This document shows positions 19,987-29,150 of a DNA stretch of 64,000 bases, piece after piece. The translations under genes were made by a program, and so were the position numbers. Position 1 is the stretch's first letter. Every line of letters starts with the position of its first letter. The DNA is from an uncultured Gemmataceae bacterium (GTDB lineage Bacteria; Planctomycetota; Planctomycetia; Gemmatales; Gemmataceae), in contig CAVVPN010000001.1 of assembly GCA_963750165.1 (NCBI GenBank), positions 160,001-224,000 on the forward strand. Direction: 5' to 3'. The notes under the pieces were generated by a model, which was not told the DNA's origin, did not search any database, and saw only the letters and a program-made list of their open reading frames with translations.

Positions 19987-20853
19987 TCATCCGCCCCGGT
20001 CGCCCGGCGAGAATTTTACCGAGCCGGGGCTGATGAGCGACTGAGTCTCTTTGATCAGCGCGGAGAGTTTCAGGACGGTCAGCGTGAACTCCGTCAGTTG
20101 CTCGCAACCGTCGGGACAGACCCAGACGTAGCAATCCCCGCTCCTCCCGACGTAGCAGGCGTCTCTCGGGACATCCCGGCAGCGACCAACACGGAACCAG
20201 CCGGGCCGGACCCGGGCCAGGTCGCGTTGGATGGACTCGATCTTGCGGCAAACAACCCTTGCCAGTGGGGAGCGGTCACCCGGGGCACATGCCTGCGTAC
20301 AGACGGATTCGTCGTTCGTCGTGACGATACGGGCCTCCAGGTCGCGGGCGTTCTTGCTGGCTCCGCCCTGGAACTCGTAGAACCAGGCAGACTCGTTCCT
20401 GAGATCGGCGTTGGGGGCGAACTGATCCTTCAACTCGTGAGCCAGTTCATCGAGGAAATCGGGCGACGGCATGTCGGGGAAGCCGTGGGCGCGGCGATAG
20501 GCGATGAGGAGGAGCCGCAACTCAGTGGCGTCAATAACAGGCTCCATCCCCCATTGGGCGACGGCGGTCCGCGAGCCGAACAGTTGGGGTTGGGTCGAAG
20601 CCGGGGGGCCGAGGTCTACCAACGCCCCTCCCGAGATCGAATCGGTGAGCTGGGAAGTCCCTTCCTTGAGATGTACGTGCCAGGGGAGGGCCGATGGGTT
20701 GACGGCGGACTGGGCGAGGTTGTTGAGAACCTGCTGGTATTGCAACTCGGGCAGGGTACTCGCCTGGTGGATCGTCCGCTGTCGGAGTCGCGTCGTCGTA
20801 CAGCCGACCGCACACCACAAACAGGCGGCGAGGAGGAGCCAGGTGAGGCGCAT
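19987..20853 (-). CDS. Hypothetical lipoprotein
   Basis: MRLTWLLLAACLWCAVGC lipobox; open 288-codon frame. Confidence 0.7.
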   Translation of the reverse strand: MRLTWLLLAACLWCAVGCTTTRLRQRTIHQASTLPELQYQQVLNNLAQSAVNPSALPWHVHLKEGTSQLTDSISGGALVDLGPPASTQPQLFGSRTAVAQWGMEPVIDATELRLLLIAYRRAHGFPDMPSPDFLDELAHELKDQFAPNADLRNESAWFYEFQGGASKNARDLEARIVTTNDESVCTQACAPGDRSPLARVVCRKIESIQRDLARVRPGWFRVGRCRDVPRDACYVGRSGDCYVWVCPDGCEQLTEFTLTVLKLSALIKETQSLISPGSVKFSPGDRGG

Positions 20854-20953
20854 GGTCACTCTACAACTCCCACTTTTGGGGTAATGTAGTGGTTGTATCG
20901 GCAAACGCTGGTCTAAACATGAAGGAGATGGGTGCGAACACTGCAACGCGAGT

Positions 20954-21102
20954 CGGTTCGACACGCTGACATCAATTTGGCTCTTGGTGTTGCGTGCTTC
21001 GGTCTTATCGTCCGAAGTAACCAAGGTGATTCGCACAACCCACTCCGGTCCGACACACCGACTGCAATTTGGCTCTTGGCGTTGCGCGCTTCGGGCTGAT
21101 CG
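20954..21102. repeat. Two imperfect 57-bp direct repeats (20954-21010 and 21046-21102)
   Basis: Ungapped alignment with about 9 mismatches; shared core CAATTTGGCTCTTGG(T/C)GTTGCG(T/C)GCTTCGG. Confidence 0.85.
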
Positions 21103-21227
21103 ACATGCGCGCCCAAGTCGAAGTCTTTAGCGCGCGGAGGACCGGCACGCAGGCGCAAGTCTTGAAGTGGAACGGCAGCCGGTGCCCTTACCTTCAAAGC
21201 CGCGTCTCAGACCGAGCGCGCCTGCCT

Positions 21228-21277
21228 CAAGTCCAAATCGCACATTTTCCACGGAGTTTCCTGCCTTTTCCTGCCCT
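21228..21277 (+). repeat. 50-bp exact direct repeat, copy 2
   Basis: Identical to 11143-11192; similarity continues through GCCTTCAGCC. Confidence 0.92.
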
Positions 21278-21678
21278 TGTTTCCTGCCTTCAGCCGCCGA
21301 GATGCGGATTTTCCGCATGCCTTCCCCTGCCTTGCTCTCCCGTCGCCGTCGCCTCGCCGTATGGGGTGGTCAGAAAGGCCGCACCGGCAGGACGCCGGTA
21401 CAATCGCGGCCTGGCCACCCCAGAAGGCGGGGCAAAGGCGGCGGTGTGGCATGGCATTTGCGCCATCCTTGAGCCTGAGCTGAGCCGGTGGGGTCGGTCT
21501 GACTTGTGGCCTGCTACGTGCGGGCTATTCGTGTGCCCAGTAGTCTCCCAGCAACTACCCGTCACAGCATAGGCAGAACAGATGTTCATGCCTTCGGGCA
21601 TTGCCGCTTGCTGCTTGCCAGGAGTTGTTTTCGACGCTGGCGAACGAATTTTTCCGCGAACGGCAACAGTCCTGCCTG

Positions 21679-22059
21679 TCAGGCAAACAACTCAAGGAGC
21701 GTGGCGACGACCCGGTCAGCCTCCTTTGGGCTGATCGCCCCCAGTTTCTTCAGCAGGCGCTCCTTGTCGAGGGTGCGGATTTGGTCGAGGGCGACTTGCC
21801 CCGCCCGCTTGTGAAATTGGACATTTACGCGGGAGGGGTATGGACGTGGCACGGTGGTCATGGGCGCGACGATGACGGTGCGCAGGAAGTCGTTCAGCTC
21901 GTCGGGCGACACGATGAGACATGGTCTCGTCTTGCGGATTTCAGCCCCCAATGTAGGATCGAGCGAGACCAGATAGACCTCGAAGCGTTTGGGGGAAACG
22001 GCCGAGATGCCTCGCCTGGCTCGCCGTTCCCTTGCGGCGGCTTTCACTCCGCCTGCCAT
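21679..22059 (-). CDS. mazF: PemK/MazF toxin
   Basis: LDPTLGAEIRKTRPCLIVSPDELN, VAPMTT, LDQIRTLDKERL. Confidence 0.92.
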   Translation of the reverse strand: MAGGVKAAARERRARRGISAVSPKRFEVYLVSLDPTLGAEIRKTRPCLIVSPDELNDFLRTVIVAPMTTVPRPYPSRVNVQFHKRAGQVALDQIRTLDKERLLKKLGAISPKEADRVVATLLELFA

Positions 22060-22298
22060 TGCCACTCGTCCGCGTCCCAGATGTTAGCAAGGGTGCTGGG
22101 TATCAACGGGGTCTCGTCCTGGCTGGCCTGGGAAAAGGCCCTTGCCCATCCTTCACGGGACCTGCGGGCTGGGGCGATCAGCAGCCCCTCGGGCCGCACT
22201 GTGATTTCGACAGTTCGGGTCAGGCCGGACTGCTCGATGAGGGCCTTGGGGATGCGGACGCCTCGGGAGTTGCCGATAGGGATAAGCTCAGATTTCAT
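22044..22298 (-). CDS. mazE: AbrB/MazE antitoxin
   Basis: IGNSRGVRIPKALIEQ; REGW; ends EWQW; overlaps the toxin. Confidence 0.92.
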   Translation of the reverse strand: MKSELIPIGNSRGVRIPKALIEQSGLTRTVEITVRPEGLLIAPARRSREGWARAFSQASQDETPLIPSTLANIWDADEWQWQAE

Positions 22299-22323
22299 AC
22301 CGCCAGCTCAAGCTATTTCAGAG

Positions 22324-22335
22324 ATGTAATTACAT
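22324..22335. promoter_or_regulatory. Putative MazEF operator
   Basis: Perfect palindrome ATGTAATTACAT about 25 bp upstream of the antitoxin start. Confidence 0.55.
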
Positions 22336-22432
22336 TATAATTACTTTTACGCGGCTTGTCAAAGAAAGGGTGTATCCTTTCCCGAACAGGCACCCGGCGG
22401 CAGGGCCACCGACTATCGCGAACCTGCGGGAT

Positions 22433-23950
22433 CTGAACTGTCGCACGCTTCCATGAACAGACGAACACCGATAGTGTCACGGGGCTGTCGCAGAAAGAGA
22501 GAGGGGTTCCTCCTAAGTTTGTGCATAGGTTCTCAAGCCATGCACTCGCCGGAAGGAGCCCCTCATGTGGCTGATGATAGCTTCTCTCCAGCCCATCGTC
22601 CAAGCCCTCGCCCCGGCCTTCACCCTGCCCTCGTTCCACACCCACTGCCAACTCGTGCTCGGCTGGGTGATGTGCCTGGGCCAGCACCGCCTCTGTCGCG
22701 TCGCCGACACCGCCCAACCCCAAGACTTGCGGGACCATTCCCGGCGCCACGGCCTGGACACCACCTACAACTTCTTTGCGCGCTCCGCCTGGACCGTGAC
22801 CGGGTTGGCCTACCACGTCGCCGTCCTCATCCTGACGCGCCTCCACCTGGGCGGCACCATCACGCTGTTGGTGGACGACACCCTGGCCCACAAGCGCGGC
22901 AAGCACGTCTGGGGCCTCGGCTGGTTCCGCGATGCCGTCGCCTCGACCCGCAAACGCACCGCCACGGCCGCGGGGCACAACTGGGTGGTCGTCGCCGTCG
23001 CCGTCTGCCTGCCCTTCGCGAACGCCCCGATCCTGGCGTTGCCCTTGCTGGCCCGGTTGCACCGGCCCGGCCAGGCGCAGCCGTCCTGCCCACTGCTGGC
23101 GCGCGCCTGCTCGCCGAAGTGCTGGCCTGGTTCCCCGGCCGGCGCTTTACCCTGGTGGCCGACGGCGCTTACGCGGCCCAAGCGCTGCTGGCGGACCTGG
23201 ACGAGCGCGTGACCTTCGTCGGCCGGTTGCGCGGCGACGCGGCCGTGTACGACCCGCGTCTGCCTCAGGCCAAGCCCGGCCGGCGCGGCCGCAAGGCGCA
23301 GAAGGGGCCGCGTCTGCCCAACCCCAAAGCAGCCGCCGCCAAGGCCGACCGTAAGCGCGTGGCCACCGGGGACTGGGTGTGGCAGGCGGTGACGGTGACC
23401 GTCTACGGGGAGCAGCGCGTCCTGCGGGCGTTCGCCTACCGGGCGGTGTGGCCGCGGGTGTTGGGGTTGCGGCCGGTGCAGGTGGTGGTGGTGCGCGACC
23501 CGGACGGGAAGTTGGACGATGCCTACCTGTTCACGACCGACGTGCGTGCGGACGTGGGGTGGGTGATTACGCAGTTCGCCTGGCGCTGGTCCATTGAGGT
23601 ACTGTTCCGGGCGAGCAAACAGGTGCTGGACCTCGAGGCGCCACAACACTACAGTCGGGAAGCGGTGGAGAAGGTGGCGCCGTGGGTGTGGTCGTTGCAG
23701 AGCGTCGTGATGGTGTGGTATCTTACCGCCGGTCGGCAGTTGCCGGAGGCGGAGGAATTGCGCAAGTGATGGGACCCTGGGAGAGTGAATGGTCGTTGCG
23801 TCATATGGTTGCCGTGTTGCGGCGGGCGACTTTGAACGCCCTAATTAAACCCAAGTCGGCCGATGCAACGGAACTCCTGAAACTCATCGAAGCGCTGAAA
23901 AACTGCGTAAATCTCGCGGTTTGAGCACTCGGAAAAGTGCGACTGCCAAG
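22433..23950 (+). mobile_element. IS701-family insertion sequence
   Basis: Imperfect IRs CTGAACTGTCGCACGCTTCC / CTTGGCAGTCGCACTTTTCC; 4-bp target duplication GGAT on both sides. Confidence 0.88.
22565..23924 (+). CDS. IS701-family transposase (frameshifts ~23105 and ~23765)
   Basis: LVDDTLAHKRGK, VADGAYA, RWSIEVLFRASKQ. Confidence 0.85.
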
Positions 23951-23978
23951 GGATGGTCTATGCAGGAAAGAGTACGCC

Positions 23979-24993
23979 CTATCCGTTCCGGACATGGTTG
24001 ATGCGATTTTCAAGGTCTGTCAAGGCCGCAAGTATGTCCTCAAACGGGGTGGGATCGGCGAGATACATGTCCCGCATCGCCTGGTAATCGCCGTGCAGCG
24101 CCAGCAGCCGCCCGGGCGGTGGGAGAAGGCGGAACGTCCCCGGTTTCGCCCGGTCGTAGTTCGCCCACGAACTGCCAAAGAACTGGCTCTTCCATGCCAC
24201 GACCCGATCTCGGAGGTCGTGTTGGTCGATGGCCCCGCTCGCGGTGGGGTGCTTTGCCAGAGCCGCCGTATCCGCATAATGGCGGGAGAACCGGTCGGGC
24301 ATTGGTTTCTCGGCCGGCCGGTGGTATTCCATATGAAGGATCGTAGCCTTCTCCCAGAAACTGCGCTCGACTTCCAGGGCTACGACTTCGCACTGCCAGT
24401 CGGAAAATGCGGCAGGCAGGACATCGGCAACCCACGGCCGTATTGGGTGGCGGCCGACCGGCTGTTGGTCGGTAAGAGAACCGAACTCCAGTTTTACCGA
24501 GCGTTTGAGGTACTCGAATCCCGCCGCCTGCGACGACGGGTAGTGGAACAGGAGCACCGGCGAGTTCGTGTGGGCGTCCGTCAGGAACTCGAACCATCCG
24601 CCATCCCGCTTCCCAAGCACTGCCTCCACGACCGCTTCCAGAGCGGGCGCGATCTGCGTCTTCACCGCTTGCGCAGGCGGTCTCCGCCCTTGTCATCCAC
24701 TTGTTTGCCTGGTTCCGGCTCGTCCCCGCCTCCGGCAGGTTCAGAAACTCAGGCGACAGCGACAGGTCGATGTCTTCTGAGAACCGCTCGATGACGCCGA
24801 ACACCTTCGAGAGCGATGTGCCGCCCTTGAACACCAGGCTGCCGGCGAACTCTGACCCGAACAGCAGACCGAGAATCCAGCACACCCAGAAGTCTTTTTC
24901 CAGGAGCACCGGGGATAAGTTCCGGCGTGTCGCTGCCTGCTCGATGTAAAGGCGGCGCTCGTCGGCAGGTAGTCCAAGGAATCCCAGCCTCAT
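23979..24993 (-). CDS. AbiEii/AbiGii nucleotidyltransferase toxin (frameshift ~24670)
   Basis: LEKDFWV, FKGGTSLSKVF..IERFSEDIDL, VKLEFG, RSFWEKATILH, SRHYAD. Confidence 0.9.
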
Positions 24994-25616
24994 GCCTCCT
25001 CCTCGGCGAGTTCGCGAAAGATCGGGTGCATCCAGGCGGGGGCCAGCCGCAAGTCCTTGACGAGTTCGCGGCGCTTGTCGGCGGGGAGCGTCCGCTTCAA
25101 ATGTTCTCGGCGCTCCGAGGTCACGTGCTCCTCGCCCAACTCGCGGAGTGCTTGCATCAGCAGGCCGCTGAGCCGCCCTGCCGCCTCCATGTTCCGCGGG
25201 GTCGTCCGCCGGAGCTGGATCGTCGTCGGGCCGATCTTGACCGTTCGGCTCGGGCCGTCAGTCAGGAAGACTGCTCTCGCCGGCACCTGTTCGGATAGGC
25301 CGAGGATGTTGGCCGCGTAGGCTCCGGCGGGCTGGAGCCGAGTGCGGTCGCGTCCAGCCAGCGCACGGGCCACGACGTCAGCGGGCGGGGAGAGCAGACC
25401 GAGTACCGGGTGCTCTTTCGGGAAGTCGTACACCCCGCGGGCCAAGCGGCGGATCGTGCCTTTTCGGGCGAACCGGTACAGGGCAAGATCGACGGCCTCA
25501 CGGCTGCCGAGGTCCAGGAAGTCTCCTGGAACGAACACAGAGCCACGGCCCCACTTCTGAATGCGGGCAAGTATTCGTGAGTCAATACTTTGTGTCTTTT
25601 TTCTCGCGTTAAGCAT
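24990..25616 (-). CDS. DUF6088 / AbiEi-like antitoxin
   Basis: DFLDLGSREAVD, IRRLARGVY, AANILGLSEQVP, APAWM; ATGA overlap with the toxin. Confidence 0.88.
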   Translation of the reverse strand: MLNARKKTQSIDSRILARIQKWGRGSVFVPGDFLDLGSREAVDLALYRFARKGTIRRLARGVYDFPKEHPVLGLLSPPADVVARALAGRDRTRLQPAGAYAANILGLSEQVPARAVFLTDGPSRTVKIGPTTIQLRRTTPRNMEAAGRLSGLLMQALRELGEEHVTSERREHLKRTLPADKRRELVKDLRLAPAWMHPIFRELAEEEA

Positions 25617-25645
25617 GTAAGGAATTTTAGCCAGTTTTCCTTACA
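25616..25645. promoter_or_regulatory. Inverted repeat, putative AbiE autoregulatory operator
   Basis: TGTAAGGAA-N12-TTCCTTACA directly at the antitoxin start. Confidence 0.6.
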
Positions 25646-25724
25646 AAATCAAGAGGCATCTGAGCCGAATGCCCGGACACGGCTGTCTCCGCAAGGAAAA
25701 ACCCGGCAACGAGGAGGGGTCCAC

Positions 25725-25754
25725 TTGACAGGAAACCCGGGAATGGTGTAAGCT
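25725..25754 (+). promoter_or_regulatory. Sigma70-type promoter for the HTH gene
   Basis: TTGACA-N18-TAAGCT, 11 bp before ATG 25766. Confidence 0.55.
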
Positions 25755-25765
25755 AAACGGCGAAC

Positions 25766-26134
25766 ATGGCGAACACAAGCAAAACCTTGGGTGAAGTCAT
25801 TCGGAACGCACGAGTCGCGACCGGGCGAAGCCTGCGTGAATTTGCCCGCGCGCTGGAGATTACGCCTTCGTACCAGAGCGACATTGAAAACGATCGCCGC
25901 GTCCCTTCCGAAGAGGTACTCAAGAAAATCGCCGGACTGCTCAGCCTGAATTACGAGGAATTGATGGCGCTGGCCGGCCGGTTCGGCGAGGACGCAGAGC
26001 GCTATCTTCGCCGCCACCCGACCGCGGGCGCTCTGTTCCGCAAACTCTCGGAGACGAATGCGCCCGAGGATGTGCTTCGCAAAATGCTTCGGGAAGCCGA
26101 GGAATTCGATCGCAAGAAGGAGGAGGACCAGTGA
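25766..26134 (+). CDS. XRE-family HTH regulator (CapH-like position)
   Basis: SLREFARALEITPSYQSDIENDRRVPS. Confidence 0.9.
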   Translation: MANTSKTLGEVIRNARVATGRSLREFARALEITPSYQSDIENDRRVPSEEVLKKIAGLLSLNYEELMALAGRFGEDAERYLRRHPTAGALFRKLSETNAPEDVLRKMLREAEEFDRKKEEDQ

Positions 26135-26859
26135 AGCGATTCCGGGACTCCAAAACGGGAGTTGAGCGGTTGTGGATTGAACCCGACGAGATCGAGGCAC
26201 GAACCGAAGCTGAACTGGTCAAGGCGGGACTGATGCCGGCGGTCGATGCTCCGGTTGTTGATGTGGAGGCGTTCGTTGAACAGCACCTGGGCGCCCAGTT
26301 CGATCAGTACGCTTCGCTCCCCGCAGACGTGCTTGGACAGACCGACTTTCGCGTCGGTGTTCCTCCGCTCGTCATGGTGAATGCCGACCTGACCGGGGCG
26401 GCGCTCGACGATGATGACAGCCCGCTTGGCCTAAAAGGGCGCTGGCGGGCAACGGTTGCCCATGAAGCGTGTCACGTGCTTTTTCATCGCTGCCTTTTCA
26501 ACCTGAGTTCGGAGCAAGGATCGTTATTCGGTGAGGACGGCGATTCCCACGAACCGGTCCAGCGGTTGCAACGCTGCCTGAAGCGTGATGTCGTGTACGG
26601 CCGGAGGGGGGCGGACTGGCGGGAAGTGCAGGCGAACATGGGCATGGCGGCGCTGCTCATGCCGCGGCCACTGTTCGTCGCGGTCTGCCAGCGGGAGTTA
26701 TTGCGGTTGGGTAAGGAACGTGTCTACTCCGAGACGCCGGAGGCTGACGCCGTTGCCGGCCATATCGCCAAGGCATTCAAGGTGTCTCGTCAGGCAGCGA
26801 TGATCCGCCTGAAAACGCTGGACCTGCTGGCCAGTCGTGGTCAGGAGTACCTGCTATGA
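26131..26859 (+). CDS. ImmA/IrrE-family Zn metallopeptidase (CapP-like)
   Basis: RWRATVAHEACH (HExxH), EVQANMGMAALLMP, FKVSRQA. Confidence 0.88.
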   Translation: MKRFRDSKTGVERLWIEPDEIEARTEAELVKAGLMPAVDAPVVDVEAFVEQHLGAQFDQYASLPADVLGQTDFRVGVPPLVMVNADLTGAALDDDDSPLGLKGRWRATVAHEACHVLFHRCLFNLSSEQGSLFGEDGDSHEPVQRLQRCLKRDVVYGRRGADWREVQANMGMAALLMPRPLFVAVCQRELLRLGKERVYSETPEADAVAGHIAKAFKVSRQAAMIRLKTLDLLASRGQEYLL

Positions 26860-27089
26860 TCGGTGGCTGTTTTTTTGCACGCAGTGTCCGCATATCGGCG
26901 TACAAGGCGTATGCGGCGAGCGCAGCGAATAGTGCAGGAGGCTTATGGCAGAGGATGAGGCTCGAACTTGCACCAGGGTTGAACGAACCTGCCGGCACAC
27001 TTTCCATGTCGGGATCATGTCCGCGAAGACCAGCGCCAGCGATGGGCCAGCGGGGAAAACCTCACCATCATCACACGAAAGGGTTAGCC

Positions 27090-27557
27090 ATGTCTGAAAA
27101 ACAGCCGGAATCGAAACACGAGGTACGGATTCACATCGACCAGCACAGATACGAGTCGCCCAACCCCACGACCGGCGCGGCGCTGTACGCCCTCGGCAAG
27201 GTCGCAGCGGGGCTCGAACTCTACCGGGAAGTGAGCGGAGATAAAGAGGACCAGCCAGTCGAAAATGGCCCGGAAACCGTCCATCTGCGTGAGGATGAGC
27301 ACTTCCACAGCGGCCCGCCCAAGGCGTACACGATTTTCGTGAACGGGCAAAAGAAAGTGGTCACGACGAAAACCCTGACCTTTGATGCGATCGTCAAACT
27401 CGCCTATCCAACGCCTCCGACCGGCGAGAACATCCTGTACACGGTGTCGTACGAGGACGGTCCGCCCTCCAACCCGCAAGGGTCATTGAAGGAGGGCGGA
27501 ACCGTCAAGGTGAAGAACGGGATGATTTTCAATGTCACAGCAACCGATAAGTCGTAG
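27090..27557 (+). CDS. Multi-ubiquitin (two beta-grasp domains) protein
   Basis: Two units starting IHIDQ and IFVNGQ; YTVSY..GP..NPQGSL..GGTVKVKNGMIFNVTATDKS. Confidence 0.82.
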   Translation: MSEKQPESKHEVRIHIDQHRYESPNPTTGAALYALGKVAAGLELYREVSGDKEDQPVENGPETVHLREDEHFHSGPPKAYTIFVNGQKKVVTTKTLTFDAIVKLAYPTPPTGENILYTVSYEDGPPSNPQGSLKEGGTVKVKNGMIFNVTATDKS

Positions 27558-27902
27558 CGCCGACTTGAAAAAGCTGCGCGACGAAGGGTATGACCTGGAA
27601 ATCCGGTCGGGCTTCCTTTTGGTGAAGGACGTTCCATACGTGAATTCGCGCAAGGAGGTCAAGAGCGGGATCCTGGTCATGAAACTGGTTCTCGCGGGCG
27701 ACGAAACATCGCGTCCTGACGATCACGTCGCCCATTTTTCAGGGGAGCACCCCTGCAACGAGGACGGCGCCGAGATCGCGAAAATCAAGAATGCGAGTGG
27801 TGAGCGGTCGCTTGCTGACGGCGTGGTCATTCAGCACAGTTTTTCGGCGAAACCAAAGCCGAAGGATCAGTTCGACGATTACTACGCCAAGGTGACGACC
27901 TA
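27532..27902 (+). pseudogene. DUF6791-type N-terminus of an E2/E1(ThiF)-like protein, truncated by IS3
   Basis: SADLKKLRDEGY, LLVKDVPYVN, PDDHVAHFSGEHPC, HSFSAKP, YYAKVTTY, then the IS end. Confidence 0.72.
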
Positions 27903-29150
27903 TGAACCTCCCCACGAATGGTGGACACCCAGTTAAGAGTGTAAACTCTCCTGAGGAGGTCCATCATGGCCAGAACCCGACGTACCTACACCCCGGAGTT
28001 CAAGCTCGAGGCCGTCAAGCTCGTCACTGAGCAGGGCTACTCCGTCGCCGAGGCCGCACGCTCCCTCGGCATCCACGAGACCCTGCTCCGCTCCTGGAAG
28101 CAGGCGCTGGAGGCCAAGGGCGGCCAGGCCTTCCCCGGCCAGGGCAAGCTCTCCCCCTTCGAGGAAGAGAACCGCCGCCTCCGGGCCGAGAACCAGCGGC
28201 TCCTGGCGGAGCGCGACATCCTAAAAAAAGCGACGGCGTTCTTCGCCAGGGAGGCGACATGACCTTCCGCTTCATCGAGGAACACCGCGGCCAGTGGCCC
28301 GTGCGCCTGCTCTGCGAAACCCTGGAGGTCTCGACCGCCGGCTACTACGCCTGGCGCGACCGCCCCGCCAGCGACCGCGCCCGGCGCCGCGACACCCTCC
28401 TCGTGGAAATCCGCGCCATCCACGCCGAGGTCAAGGCCCGCTACGGCAGCCCGCGCATCCACGCCGAGCTGGTCGCCCGGGGCCAGGACTGCTGCGTCAA
28501 CACCGTGGCCCGGCTCATGCACGACCACGACCTCCGGGCCAAGACGGCCCGCAAGTTCCGCTGCACGACCGACTCCAACCACGACCTGCCCGTGGCCGCG
28601 AACCTCCTGGATCGGCAGTTCAACCCCGCCGCGGCCAACGAGGCGTGGGTGGCGGACATCACCTACATCCCGACCCGGGAGGGTTGGCTGTACCTGGCTG
28701 TCGTCGAGGACCTGTACTCGCGGCGGGTGGTGGGCTGGTCGATGGCCGACCACCTGGAGAGCCGGCTGGTCGTCGATGCCCTGGAGCTGGCGGTGCAGCG
28801 CCGGCTGCCGGGGGAGGGGTTGCTGGCCCACTCCGACCGGGGCAGCCAGTACGCCAGCGACCACTACCAACGCCTCCTGGGCAAGCACGGCATCACCTGC
28901 AGCATGAGCCGCCGGGCCGACTGCTGGGACAATGCCCCGATGGAGAGCTTCTTCGCCTCCTTGAAGAAGGAACTGGTGCACGACGCCGACTTCGCCACCC
29001 GGGCGGAGGCGCGGGCGGCGCTCGTCGAGTACATCGAGGTCTTCTACAACAGCCAGCGCCGGCACTCGTCGCTGGGGTACGTGTCCCCGGCCGAGTATGA
29101 ACAGTCCGAATAACCGTTAACCCCGTGTCCACTTTTCGTGGGGAACTCCA
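27903..29150 (+). mobile_element. IS3-family element, copy 1 (1248 bp)
   Basis: TG...CA ends with IRs TGAACCTCCCCACGAATGGTGGACAC / GTGTCCACTTTTCGTGGGGAACTCCA; no target duplication. Confidence 0.95.
27966..29113 (+). CDS. IS3 transposase OrfA (27966-28262) and OrfB (28259-29113)
   Basis: YTPEFKLEAVKL; A7G slippery site; WVADITY, HSDRGSQY, DNAPMESFF. Confidence 0.95.

Noticed and set aside
20954..21102. Mini CRISPR array
   Set aside because: Only two imperfect 57-bp units and no cas genes in the window.
28037..29100. Long overlapping ORFs within the IS3 copies and across other GC-rich genes
   Set aside because: Shadow frames of high-GC coding DNA: Arg/Pro/Gly-rich with no motifs.
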